This document shows positions 1 to 11,366 of a stretch of 48,340 nt of DNA, one piece after another. Source of the stretch: Octopus bimaculoides (Eukaryota); assembly GCF_001194135.2 (NCBI RefSeq), contig NC_068982.1:152722353-152770692 (forward strand), read 5' to 3'. The notes below the pieces were generated by a model. It worked only from the letters and a program-made list of their open reading frames with translations, had not been told where the DNA came from and did no database searches. Made by a program: the position numbers and the translations under genes. Position 1 is the stretch's first letter, and every line of letters begins with the position of its first letter.

Positions 1-334
1 TTAGGGACAAAATCCAAAATTACAGGTAAAAAACTCAATTAAAATCAATTTATAAAAAATTAAAATTAAATTGAGCCTTATAGATAAAGTATATATAAAA
101 TATATATACTTTTAGGGAAAATAACCAATTTTCAAGAACTCATCGATGAAAATCCACTATCACATATAGAAAAATTAATAATTAAAAGCACAATAAATGA
201 GTATAATATAAAGTAAAGTAAATATCATAAGATAAATATAATATAATATAATATAAGTGTTCGGGCTAATTTGAAAGATTCCAAAAGTAAGATTATTAAA
301 AATAAAAAGTATTAACAAGATGGGAGAAATCAGT

Positions 335-1264
335 TTATTCAAAGTAGCCGCCCTCGGCTTCCATAACGGCTTCAAGACAACTTTGAAATTTGACGAATGC
401 GTTCCATACTAAATCGCTGGGAAAATCTTCAAACACCTTGATCTTGAGCACTAGTTCCGTATTGGTGTTGCAGATAGAGCGGTATGTGCCTTTCTCAACA
501 GTGTTCCAGATGGGATTATAATAGGGGGGGGGGCGGAAGGAGGTCAGAATTTGGAGCTGGTGATGTAGTAATTCTCTGACAACCAATTCTGACACTTTCC
601 AGAGGTATGGCAACGAGCCGGATCCTGCTGCCACACATATGGCCTTCCGGAGGCAACTCCCCAGCTAGGGTTTGATTACTGTCTCCATCAGCTTCATGTA
701 GCTGTCTTGATTGAGCCTTGTTCAAATATGTTGGGTGGCATGATGTCACTCTCACAGGAGATACACACAAAGACCATCACAGTTAGGAGGAATTTGATCT
801 TCGTGAGACATCATGGGACACCATATGGATTGTAGGGAAGCCACCTTGTTTTGAGTGTTATGCAACTAGTTCAGGCAGAAATTCTTTTCATCTGAGAACC
901 AGAGTATTTCCGTCTAAACAGATTGCCTTAACTTGTTCAGGAGCTTCTTGGACTTCGCGAAGCGCTTCCCCTTCGCATTGGCTGTCAAAATTTGATCCTT
1001 GCACTTCTTGTGCGAATAGTAGCAAAGGTCCTCCTTCAGAGATTTGTTACTGTCCAGACACAGGAACCTGTCTACTCGACCAGAGGTGCATGATTAAATA
1101 CGTTATATATGAGGCAGACGTTACAGCAACGTCAGATGATAACATAACCGAAAAGAAGAGCTCAAGAATCGCCATGCTAACCACATATCTTCTTTCCGGC
1201 ACAGAGACAAAAGCAAAGCCACTAAGTTGGCTACCCACGTATGGGTTTTGAAGTCTAACTCCAT
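335..1264 (-). mobile_element. Decayed Tc1/mariner DNA transposon, DD37D (maT/Bmmar1-like) transposase remnant
   Basis: Manual minus-strand translation across stops and frameshifts gives KEDLCYYSHKKCKDQILT...WFSDEKNFC (D1 at 890-892), ...VWQQDPARCHTSGK (D2 at 622-624), ...F*PPS...NPIWNTVEK...FQSCLEAVMEAEGGYFE* (stop at 335). These motifs are typical of Tc1/mariner DDD domains. A possible start is MELDFK at 1264. No clean TIR pair was found. Confidence 0.85.
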
Positions 1265-1855
1265 ATCACACATAGTCAAGTGGAAAATGGTTGAAAAGTT
1301 CACATCAACGGATCACAAAAATGTAAGCTATGCGTAGCTGAAAGATCACAGATCCTTTCCATATCTAAGAATTCCATCACACTGCTGAATTCCAGATGTG
1401 AAATCTTTAGCGGATGTAAACATATGGAAAAATTCCTGCTGACGAATTGGAAAATATCACCGTCTCCGGAGTGAACAGTTGTACCGCAGACTCTAGGCTC
1501 CTATCCATTAAGTCTTATGACTTTATGGTCAAAGGGGACATAACTCTAATTCTCCTGTTCATTTTATCCTTTATGCCATTTCTTCCGGTGATTTCAACTG
1601 CCTACACTTCAAAGCAACTTTCTTCTCGTCTCGTATTTTCTTTGATTCTATGGGCCTCTTTAGCTTCTTGTGCCATGCGGGCAGAAAATGAGAATTGTGT
1701 GAAGGCACCGTACGTGCTATAAAATTGTGTCTGAGTACTTTTTCATCACATAAAACTATTACTAGGTCATAAATATATATGCTGTGTTTATTAAATAATA
1801 TTTATCCCACACCAGATGGAGAACTATCTTGAACTTACCATCACAGAACAGTACA

Positions 1856-1917
<62 letters not shown>

Positions 1918-1942
1918 GTCTGTCTATCTATCTATCTGTCTG

Positions 1943-1986
<44 letters not shown>
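1856..1986. repeat. (TATC)n tetranucleotide microsatellite with TGTC variants
   Basis: Read directly from the sequence. Confidence 0.95.
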
Positions 1987-1987
<1 letters not shown>

Positions 1988-2672
1988 ATATTACGGAGAT
2001 ATACTTGCATAGCAAGCGACCTGATCTGAGATCGTGTGCTGGAACGAAAACAATTGCAGCGTGGAAGGTGTTTAAATGTTGAAGTGAATCTAACGGTTTT
2101 TGAGTGTTTCTTAAATGGCTTATAAACACCTTCCACGCTGCTATTGTTATATATATATATATATATATATACATATATNNNNNNNNNNNNNNNNNNNNNN
2201 NNNNNNNNNNNNNNNNNNNNNNNNNNNNNNNNNNNNNNNNNNNNNNNNNNNNNNNNNNNNNNNNNNNNNNNNNNNNNNNNNNNNNNNNNNNNNNNNNNNN
2301 NNNNNNNNNNNNNNNNNNNNNNNNNNNNNNNNNNNNNNNNNNNNNNNNNNNNNNNNNNNNNNNNNNNNNNNNNNNNNNNNNNNNNNNNNNNNNNNNNNNN
2401 NNNNNNNNNNNNNNNNNNNNNNNNNNNNNNNNNNNNNNNNNNNNNNNNNNNNNNNNNNNNNNNNNNNNNNNNNNNNNNNNNNNNNNNNNNNNNNNNNNNN
2501 NNNNNNNNNNNNNNNNNNNNNNNNNNNNNNNNNNNNNNNNNNNNNNNNNNNNNNNNNNNNNNNNNNNNNNNNNNNNNNNNNNNNNNNNNNNNNNNNNNNN
2601 NNNNNNNNNNNNNNNNNNNNNNNNNNNNNNNNNNNNNNNNNNNNNNNNNNNNNNNNNNNNNNNNNNNAGAGG

Positions 2673-2708
<36 letters not shown>

Positions 2709-3899
2709 TTTTAAATATATTTTATTCCATTTCATTTATCCGTTTTCGTCACGTTTTTCTTGTGGTAATCTCTTCGGATTTACCATACCGCTTCCTCTTC
2801 TATACTCCCATTTAACCACTTAATATATATCTCTCATCTATTTGTCACCTTTTCACTGTCGTCTTTCACGAATCAGGAAATAGTTTGCTATATTTCCTTC
2901 GTTTGTTTTTGACTCATAGAAACCGAGTGAATAATCACGAAAGTTCTAGCAGTGCGAAGCAGGATTATCCATACTGCTTAAACTGCATATTCCTTAATTT
3001 ACGGAGCTGACGGAAATCAAATTCCTGTTTTCCCTTTTTCTACCTTCATTCTCGTGTTCTTGTTTAACCGCATTTATTTGCCACACAGACACAAGCACGA
3101 TTTCCTGCCATTATTCGTTATTTTATTAAAAATACTTTATTTTATTCCTTTTCTTTCCTCTAACTCTCGTTCGTTATTGTTTATCGCTCTCTTTTCTTTT
3201 ATCCCTATTCATTCGATCATTTCCTTCTCTTCCTCGTATTTCTTTTCCAGTGTTTCTCTCTGATATTAGTAATTCCATCTCGATATCTCTTTCTCTGCCG
3301 CTGCTATTTCCCAATTGGACTGCATTGTCGTTTAGTTTATCTCAATCTACTCTTTTGATTCGTCTTGAGTTAACGTCCACATTTTAAAATTGTGGTGTTC
3401 TCACGTGAGACACACACACCTTTAGTTTTATTCTCATTGTAGAAGGCTTATCTATAGATTATTTGTTCTTTGCTCCTCTATTTTCATATCCTAGGAGCCA
3501 TGGATTTACCATTCTATTTCATGATCCTCGATGAATCCCTCCTTCTTTGTTCTCCAGGTGTATATCCAGTGAGACAATTCTTACTGTATAACCTTTGGTA
3601 CCCAGTATCTGTTGACGAGATTTTTATAGCGTACTACAAAAAGTTTACCCAAATTTTATTCAACTGTATATACATATATGTATATATATACACACACACA
3701 CATATGTGTGTATGTATGTATGTGTATATTTATATNNNNNNNNNNNNNNNNNNNNNNNNNNNNNNNNNNNNNNNNNNNNNNNNNNNNNNNNNNNNNNNNN
3801 NNNNNNNNNNNNNNNNNNNNNNNNNNNNNNNNNNNNNNNNNNNNNNNNNNNNNNNNNNNNNNNNNNNNNNNNNNNNNNNNNNNNNNNNNNNNNNNNNNN

Positions 3900-4264
3900 G
3901 TGTGCGTTCAATAATGTAATAATACAAAGAATATATATACATGTATACACACATATATGTACATACTTACATCTACATGTGTATATACGTGCATATCAGG
4001 GTACAGGACGTTAGAACAATAAACTACAGACAACGGAAAGAACACATAGGAAAACGGAAAGCCCCTTGGAATATCCCTTCATCAGCTGTCTCTATTCTAT
4101 CTAGACGTTTCGAAGATTCGAAACGTCTAGATGTCTGTAGTTTATCGTTCTAACGTCCTGTACCCTGATATGCATGTATATACACATGTAGATGTAAGTA
4201 TGTACATATATGTGTGTATACATGTATATATATTCTTTGTATTATTACATTATTGAACGCACAC
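3900..4264. repeat. Fold-back inverted repeat: 133-bp outer arms (3900-4032 / 4132-4264) plus a perfect 16-bp inner hairpin (4099-4114 / 4117-4132)
   Basis: The arms were compared base by base and show only 2 mismatches (4018/4146 and 3989/4175). The inner hairpin is ATCTAGACGTTTCGAA-GA-TTCGAAACGTCTAGAT. Confidence 0.9.
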
Positions 4265-4317
4265 GTCCTATTTTACAAGTAAGTCTACTATATATAAATA
4301 TATATATATACCTACAC

Positions 4318-4366
<49 letters not shown>

Positions 4367-5175
4367 CATACATGCATATATAAATTATGATATTCATTAT
4401 TCTATTTCTCTCAGTACACTGTTTGCATTCATAGAAATAGATATACGTAGAGGGCAATCACAGGCGTACACATGCGTACAGACAGATGCTACGCAGATTC
4501 CCTTTGACACATACAGAAACATGCACACATCTACACTACACTATTCGCACACACAATTTTAAGTCCCAAATATATCTGGATATTAATTAGAAAATGTATG
4601 AATAGTTGTACGTTGACATTCAATAAAGACGAATAAAATATATTTAAAAAAGTACTTGTGCTTTGGTCTTTCTGTTGCCAAGTATTCAAATTAATTTCAG
4701 AATGGAAATTTATGCTATCTTCATAAATACTACTACATCTGCGCTTAAGCTTCAACTTCACGAAGCAGCGTCTGGTGTTAGAACATCATTATTATTATCT
4801 TTTTTTTGTTTGTTTCAAATTTTCGCACTATTCTATTCTGAATATAATTGTTCTTTGAACAAATGCGTGATAGAGGAAAGTTGATAGATTAAGAATGAAG
4901 GATGAGAAAGAAAAATTCAGATGACGAAGAAAACTGAAATTTATTATTAAAATTTCAACACGAATCTGCATATATGTATATTTCAACATATTTTACTGTA
5001 TTCAGGTGCTTGACTGACTAAACATTAAATGATGCAGTATCTAGCAATCTTAGCTTTACTCCCAGGTATCAAAAGATGTAACCACACACACACACACAGA
5101 CACACACATATCTATTTCACTTTTATTTTATTTTTTTAATTATTTTAAAAATTCTTTTATGCTGTAACTCATTAT

Positions 5176-5210
<35 letters not shown>

Positions 5211-5547
5211 TTTATTGAGCTAAAAATTGAAGTAATAATTTTAATGCATACGTTGCACACAACAATATACATATGTAATAAACATGCTTATATATTCTTA
5301 GTATTTTGGAGTATTCCAACAGATCATAAAATAATTCTTGTATTGCCCTTTACATGCTCTCATGATTTTCTACCCAAGATATTTTGAAATACAAGATTAC
5401 ATATGTATATATGTTTTGTAGCTTAACTTGGAATCGAAATGAAACATTTGTAGGTGAAGATGTTAATTGATTTGCATCCATTAGATCTCTCCGTTTTCAA
5501 ACTTAACNNNNNNNNNNNNNNNNNNNNNNNNNNNNNNNNNNNNNNNN

Positions 5548-5587
<40 letters not shown>

Positions 5588-5613
5588 ATATCTTTTATCT
5601 TTAACTTATTTCT

Positions 5614-5828
5614 TTTCTTTTCTACTCTAGGTACAAGAGTCCGAAATTTTTGGGGAGGGGCCAGTCGATTAGATCGACCCAGTACACATCTAGTACTTAA
5701 TTTATCGACCCCGAATGGATGAAAGGCAAAGTCGACCACGGCAGAGTTTGAACTCAGAACGTAAAGACAGACGAAATATCGCTAAACATTTCGCCCGGCT
5801 TGCTAACGCTTCTGCCAGCTCGTCGCCT
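5614..5828 (-). mobile_element. Full-length tRNA-derived SINE (family A here; octopus-type) with 16-bp TSD
   Basis: The head reads GGCGACGAGCTGGCAGAAGCGTTAGC, with a box-B-like GAGTTCAAAC. A perfect TSD TCTTTAACTTATTTCT lies at 5598-5613 and 5829-5844. About 10 further homologous copies occur in the window. Confidence 0.9.
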
Positions 5829-5859
5829 TCTTTAACTTATTTCTGTCATCTGACTTAAG

Positions 5860-6155
5860 TGCACCGACTTAAGTATTTTGGTCGAACGAGTCGACACCAG
5901 TACTTATTCTGGTTTAAGGCTAATACTTATACTATTTGTCTCTTTTGCCAAAAAGTTAAGTCATGTAGTCGGAAATATACTAACATCGGTTGCCAAGACA
6001 TAGACTCTCACATACGTGGAGTTATATATATGACGGGCTTCTTTCAGTTTTCCTCTTCCAAACCTACTTAAGGGCTTTGGTCGGTCCGTTGCTCTGGTAG
6101 AAGACACCCATGCAGTTGGGAAGTAAACTTCTAGTCACACAGCTACACCTGCGCC
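5860..6155 (-). mobile_element. Degenerate SINE (family C here)
   Basis: Homologous in reverse to 42778-43115, sharing GACGGGCTTCTTT.AGTTTT, TTTGGTCGG.CCG and TAGAA.ACA blocks. The putative head is at about 6115-6155. Confidence 0.75.
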
Positions 6156-6231
6156 ATGTACATGCATATATATATATATATATATATACATACATATATA
6201 TATATAGATATATATATATGTGTGTGTGTGT

Positions 6232-6274
<43 letters not shown>

Positions 6275-6855
6275 CGTGCGTGCGTGTGTGTGTGTGTTTC
6301 CAGTGTACGTACTTATATATAGGAATGAGTGAAGACTGATGATTGACGTTTGATGTTAATGGTCGGTGAACCACTTGACACGTGCTCTTTAACTGAGAAT
6401 AAACCTGCTTAGTTTTTCAGGACTGGCACCACTATGTTTATACATTTCTTAGATTATTCAGTGTCATTAAAAAAAGAAATAAACTAGTTTAGATAAATGA
6501 ATTCAGATTGTATATTTTCATGATCCCTTTGTTATTTGCCTGTTTTAATCCACATTTTCTTATACAACTATGTATTCGAATGTAAGACTTAGATACATTA
6601 CTACTCCAGAGAATGTTGGCTAACACCGAGTCGATGATTAATGTCTTAACTGTTTGAAATCTTATTTGTTTAAAATTTTACCTGATTATATAGTATGATG
6701 TGATCTTTTATGACTGCACTAAATAAATAAAATTCTACCGAAACAACAGTCGTAATATGTTAAACGTCATATGTGTTTACTTTTTATATTTACGCCGCAC
6801 GAAGAACCCAACTCTGAGTCGGATCTGTGGTTTAGATTGGAATTTGTACTTGCAT

Positions 6856-7235
6856 GGAGGCGTAATGGCCCAGTGGTAGGGCAGCGGAATCGCGGTCATA
6901 GGATCGCGGTTTCGATTCCCTGACCGAGCGTTGTGAGTGTTTATTGAGCGAAAATACCTAAAGCTCCACGTGGCTCCGGCAGGGGATGGTGGCGAACCCT
7001 GCTGTACTCTTTCACCACAACTTTCTCTCACTCTTACTTCCTGTTTCTGTTGTACCTGTAATTCAAAGGGTCAGCCTTGTCACACTGTGTCACGCTGAAT
7101 ATCCCCGGGAACTACGTTAAGGGTACACGTGTCTGTGGAGTGCTCAGCCACTTGCACGTTAATTTCACGAACAGGCTGTTCCGTTGATCGGATCAGCTGG
7201 AACCCTCGACGTCGTAAGCGACGGAGTGCCAACAA
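6856..7235 (+). mobile_element. Full-length tRNA-derived SINE (family B here) with 10-bp TSD
   Basis: Box A TGGCCCAGTGG is at 6866-6876 and box B GTTTCGATTCC at 6909-6919. The element ends in CCAACAA. The TSD GTACTTGCAT lies at 6846-6855 and 7236-7245. Confidence 0.9.
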
Positions 7236-7294
7236 GTACTTGCATATAAACAATGTCCTTTAAACACTTGATATTTTGAATATCAATTCACTAA

Positions 7295-7492
7295 GGTTGC
7301 GAGCTGGCAGAATCGTTAGCACGCCTGGCAAGATAGATCCCTTACTGCATTTCATCCGTCTTTACTTTATAAGTTCAAATTCCCTTTTTGGGTTAATAAA
7401 ATAAATGCCAGCTGAGGACAAGGGTCGATATAATCGACTTTACCCCTCCCATAAAATTAGTAGTCGTGTCCCAAAGTTTGAAACCAATATTG
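7295..7492 (+). mobile_element. Family A SINE, degenerate, with an internal deletion
   Basis: Head GCGAGCTGGCAGAATCGTTAGCACGCC, then AAGTTCAAATTCC, GGGTCGAT..AATCGACT, and tail TTTGAAACCAATATT. Confidence 0.8.
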
Positions 7493-7753
7493 TTTATTCC
7501 ACCGTTTGCCTGTCTATTTCTGTCGCCACTATTTAACTTTACTCTTATACATGCCGTCACTTGTACATCTAACACATGTACTCTTACCAGAATGACATTT
7601 ATTTTCAGTATCTCTTCACACCAGCTGATGAATTTGAAATTTGAAGTGTTTTATACTACAGCTCGAATTCATATAAAATTGACGAGATATTAGTAAGCTT
7701 TCTCCTTGATAGTGATAGTCATTTCAAAAGAAATGTCACTGACGTACTCCTGA

Positions 7754-7885
7754 CCTCTCTCTCTTTCTCTCCCTCTCTCTCTTTCTTTCTCTCCCCGTCT
7801 CTCTTTCTCTCTCTCCCTCTCTCTCTTTCTCTCCCTCTCTCTCTTTCTTTCTCTCCCCGTCTCTCTTTCTCTCCCTCTCTCTCTC
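7754..7885. repeat. (CT)n-derived tract with a 62-bp higher-order duplication
   Basis: The marker CCCCGT recurs at about 7793 and 7855 within a similar CT pattern. Confidence 0.85.
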
Positions 7886-8870
7886 GCCATCTCTCTGGAT
7901 CTACACCAGGAAATTCGCAGTGTTTGTTGAGTTTATAATTAGATTTAGTACGAATCTTTATTCAGCATGACAATCGTTTCGACCCATTCTGCATCTGTCC
8001 CATAGAAGTATGATATTGTGCATCTAGTTGTGCTGCATCATCCAGTGCAGGCTGTGTCATGTCAAGAACTTGGTGTAGAGAAAGATATTCCACTAGATAT
8101 ACTGAGGTCTCCTTGGTTTTTTGTTGTAGCTAGTTGTACATTGGTACACTGACAAAGCTAGGATTAAGTTTGTGGTTGTAACCGGCGAATAGTTACATCT
8201 TCCGTTTCCTTTATCAATTATAAATAAATTATACTAATAATAAGAGGGGAAGGGGACTTTCGTCATAGAATTAAAAAAAAATATTTATTGAACTTAAATG
8301 ACTTTAATTAAAATAAGCACTGTATGAATGATACAATAATACGTAGGTTCTTAAAATAAAATATACTTCCCTTATATTTAAATGATTTTAGTTAAAAATA
8401 AGCACCAAAAAAAGGGTGAATAGTAACATAACCTAGTCCTTCTGGACTATTCCTATCTCTTGTCCAGTGAGATCAGAATCAACCTCTAGCCATTTTTAGA
8501 ACAGAATCCAAGACGCACATGCTACAATTCAATTGGAATGAACTATCCATCCGTTAGGATGTGTGAAAAATAATTGTCGATTTTTGCTCTGATGATAGAT
8601 TTTACTTTTTCAAATTCATAAAGCAATTTAATTGCATAAATATGGATTTAAGTAATAAACCGAAACGCGCGTAGGCAACATGAAATGACTATTATAATAA
8701 ATATATTGATTATTAGGTGCATGCATTTTGCTATATTCAATTGAATGTTGATGTTTTGTTAGAGCACCGAGTACTGCATTATTTACATCAAGAGGACTTC
8801 TCATATGGATTCATGATGCAGAAAATCACTTGTATTTATATCTTTAACAGATTAGAATTGTTTGCTACAG

Positions 8871-8891
8871 CCGTTAGAACTGCCAGATGAC
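8871..8891 (+). CDS. Candidate 21-nt coding microexon (PLELPDD, phase 0-0)
   Basis: Acceptor TTGTTTGCTACAG and consensus donor GTGAGT at 8892. Only the phase-0 frame is open. There is a TGC at -8..-6 and a TTTAAC branch-like motif upstream. No homology evidence. Confidence 0.35.
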
Positions 8892-9039
8892 GTGAGTTTG
8901 CTCTGTTTCGGGTTCCTCAGCGACAGACGTGTGGTAGCGACACAACAGCCCAATCTCAGTGTCAACGATAGGCAGAATTTCATGGACACTGAAACTTTAT
9001 ATACCATTGAGATTGAAATTCGGCTGTTATGTCGCTACC

Positions 9040-9041
<2 letters not shown>

Positions 9042-9120
<79 letters not shown>
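9042..9120. repeat. (CA)n microsatellite running into a 9-nt gap
   Basis: Read directly from the sequence. Confidence 0.95.
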
Positions 9121-10589
9121 NNNNNNNNNNATCCAGCAGCTTCGTGCTGATCAAATATCTGAAAATGTATCTTTAAGTCTATCTATAAACATGAACATAT
9201 ATATATACACATACTAACAAAAACACACGTACACACGCATACACACATACACACACACATACACACACATGTACACAGGCACATGTAACGAAGCATAAAT
9301 ACATATATATGCAGATGTGTGTCAAGATATACTAATATTTTTTTTTATCGTGTTTTTAAAAGTAAACTGACAACAACAGCGGAAAGAGCTAAAATCGGTA
9401 GAGCCGAGCAAAACAGCTTGTTATTCGACATGTTTGTAATTTCTCTATTAACGCACACATCAATAAAACGATATAGAGCATACATACATGTTCGAGCGTG
9501 TTGACTAGAATCAAGTCCGTCAACGGATAACATGAGTAGGCATGTCACAGAACAATCCTTTGAACGGTGCTTTGTTGACAGTCTTAGTAGTGGAAACATC
9601 GCTAATGTTGAAATAATAGAATATAGAACAATATGAAACACCAACGACTGAAGTCTTTCTTTTGTGCTCTGAGCTTTAAACACAACTTTCGTCATCTCCC
9701 CTCTTCAATTTATTGTTATTTACCTATTTTGTTTGTTAGCTTTAGACATCAAGATAATGATTATCGTGTCCCGCTCACTTTAATCGTGTAATAATTATTA
9801 CGCTTGATTGGGAGTATCCTTTAATAACTGCTTTCACTTTATATTGATAACAGTTACTTGAAGAAGATAAAACTCCCAGTTCGCGTGCCGGTTTCGGTTC
9901 TCATTTGAAGATAGTTCGCCGTCTCGGATGAAAAGAAATAAAGATTCTTTACAACTCATTGAATTTAGAAGTATTTACAATAACGGATTAGTAAATAGAT
10001 TTTAGAAGGAAATGATTTAAATCACGCGTTCGTCATGGCGCTATAAGTCTATGTTAAAACGTCACAAAGAAACGGCTTTACTTTCAATTCTAACTTGGAA
10101 TAAGGCCCAGTTAAATATCAGTAATACGTTAGAGTCCTATATCAAATATATCAGTCACTATCATTAAAATACGCTTGAAAAATGATGCTATATATATAAT
10201 CTCACAGCAGAAATTATTTCTTCTTCATGAGAACTAATTTGAAATTTTCCTAATAAGAACTATCAAACATATACATAAAACAGCAGACATAAAATAATAT
10301 GTTGTTTCAAGCTGACAAGTCTCAGCCAAATTTAAGTGTTGATATACTGACATGACAGGGCTGAAGCTTCATGCACTGGAAATTGTGAAATACCACCAGA
10401 AATGAGAAGTAATAAACATGTTCCACTAATATTTCCCATATATAAACAAACTTACTAATATCTAGAGTGTACCAGTTCATAGAGACAGATAAATGAAGGA
10501 AAATCATTGAAATATTATGGTCAGCTGATAAAGAATTGATATTATACTTAACTGCTGTGCCCAATAGACAACAATATTCTCGAACAGAA

Positions 10590-10690
10590 ATGGAGATGCT
10601 TAAAGATGTTTAAATAGAAGCAACTAGAATGTGGGGATTGAACACAGAAACATACCCTTAGAAATAGGTGCATTGGGATTAATTAATGCA
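10590..10690 (+). mobile_element. Short decayed 3' fragment of an R4/Dong-type LINE endonuclease
   Basis: Translates, with a stop and a frameshift, to KDV*IEATRMWGLNTET-PLEIGALGLI. This parallels YKDVEIEIQKMWHLKTRTFPVMI-ALGMI of the LINE at about 38.85-38.93 kb. Confidence 0.6.
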
Positions 10691-11219
10691 GTTATACATT
10701 TATATATCATGCATAAAACACACTGCAAAAATTTTTACAAATATTTCGGAAAGGTCTTACAATGTTATATACAATATAACACCAAAATGTAGCATCATAA
10801 ATGCCCAAGACACAGAGAATTGCACTGACTGAGCAATGACTATTCATTAGAAATGATATTTCTAGAATAGAATTTTCTAATTTTGCGATAAGACATAAAT
10901 CTGGTGGGAAAAGTATCGGTTATATGAAGTCAAGTAATTACATTTTATTTATTTAATCGATTATGGAAGATTGCAAAACAAATTTGAGCCAGGTGAATAG
11001 TGAATAGGCAGAGTCGTGAATCGTTAAGGTGTGCGACAAAATATATTACGGTATTCCGTTTTAATTTCAATACGAATTTTATTTTTATCACTTTTTACTT
11101 TTTTTTTTATTCCAGTGAACGCTATGAAGTGCCTTATAAGCGGTTTTCTCATCCAAATTTTTGGTTATTCTATTTGAAACTTCTATTGATATATACTAGG
11201 GGTATTTGTTTACAAACTG

Positions 11220-11251
<32 letters not shown>

Positions 11252-11322
11252 GAATAAAAACACACACGTATTTATATATTATATTATATGGTGCAAGGTT
11301 TTTGGCAGACGAAAAGGCCAGC

Positions 11323-11366
<44 letters not shown>

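Noticed and set aside
86-112. 12-bp inverted repeat AAAGTATATATA-AAA-TATATATACTTT
   Set aside because: Mostly self-complementary (TA)n, which is expected by chance.
253-1423. Possible mariner TIR pair (about 253-285 and about 1400-1423)
   Set aside because: Only scattered matches (GCTAA, AAGATT); not convincing.
1447-1722. 91-aa ORF and GC-richer block next to the mariner
   Set aside because: Non-ATG start and no recognisable motifs on either strand.
6856-6930. tRNA gene-like sequence with A and B boxes
   Set aside because: It continues into a 300-bp SINE body with a tail and TSD, and shows no proper acceptor stem. It is a SINE head.
7970-8150. GC-richer block with a roughly 55-codon open frame on the minus strand (...MTQPALDDAAQLDAQYHTSMGQMQNGSKRLSC*)
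   Set aside because: No recognisable domain or convincing splice sites. It could be an old TE fragment.
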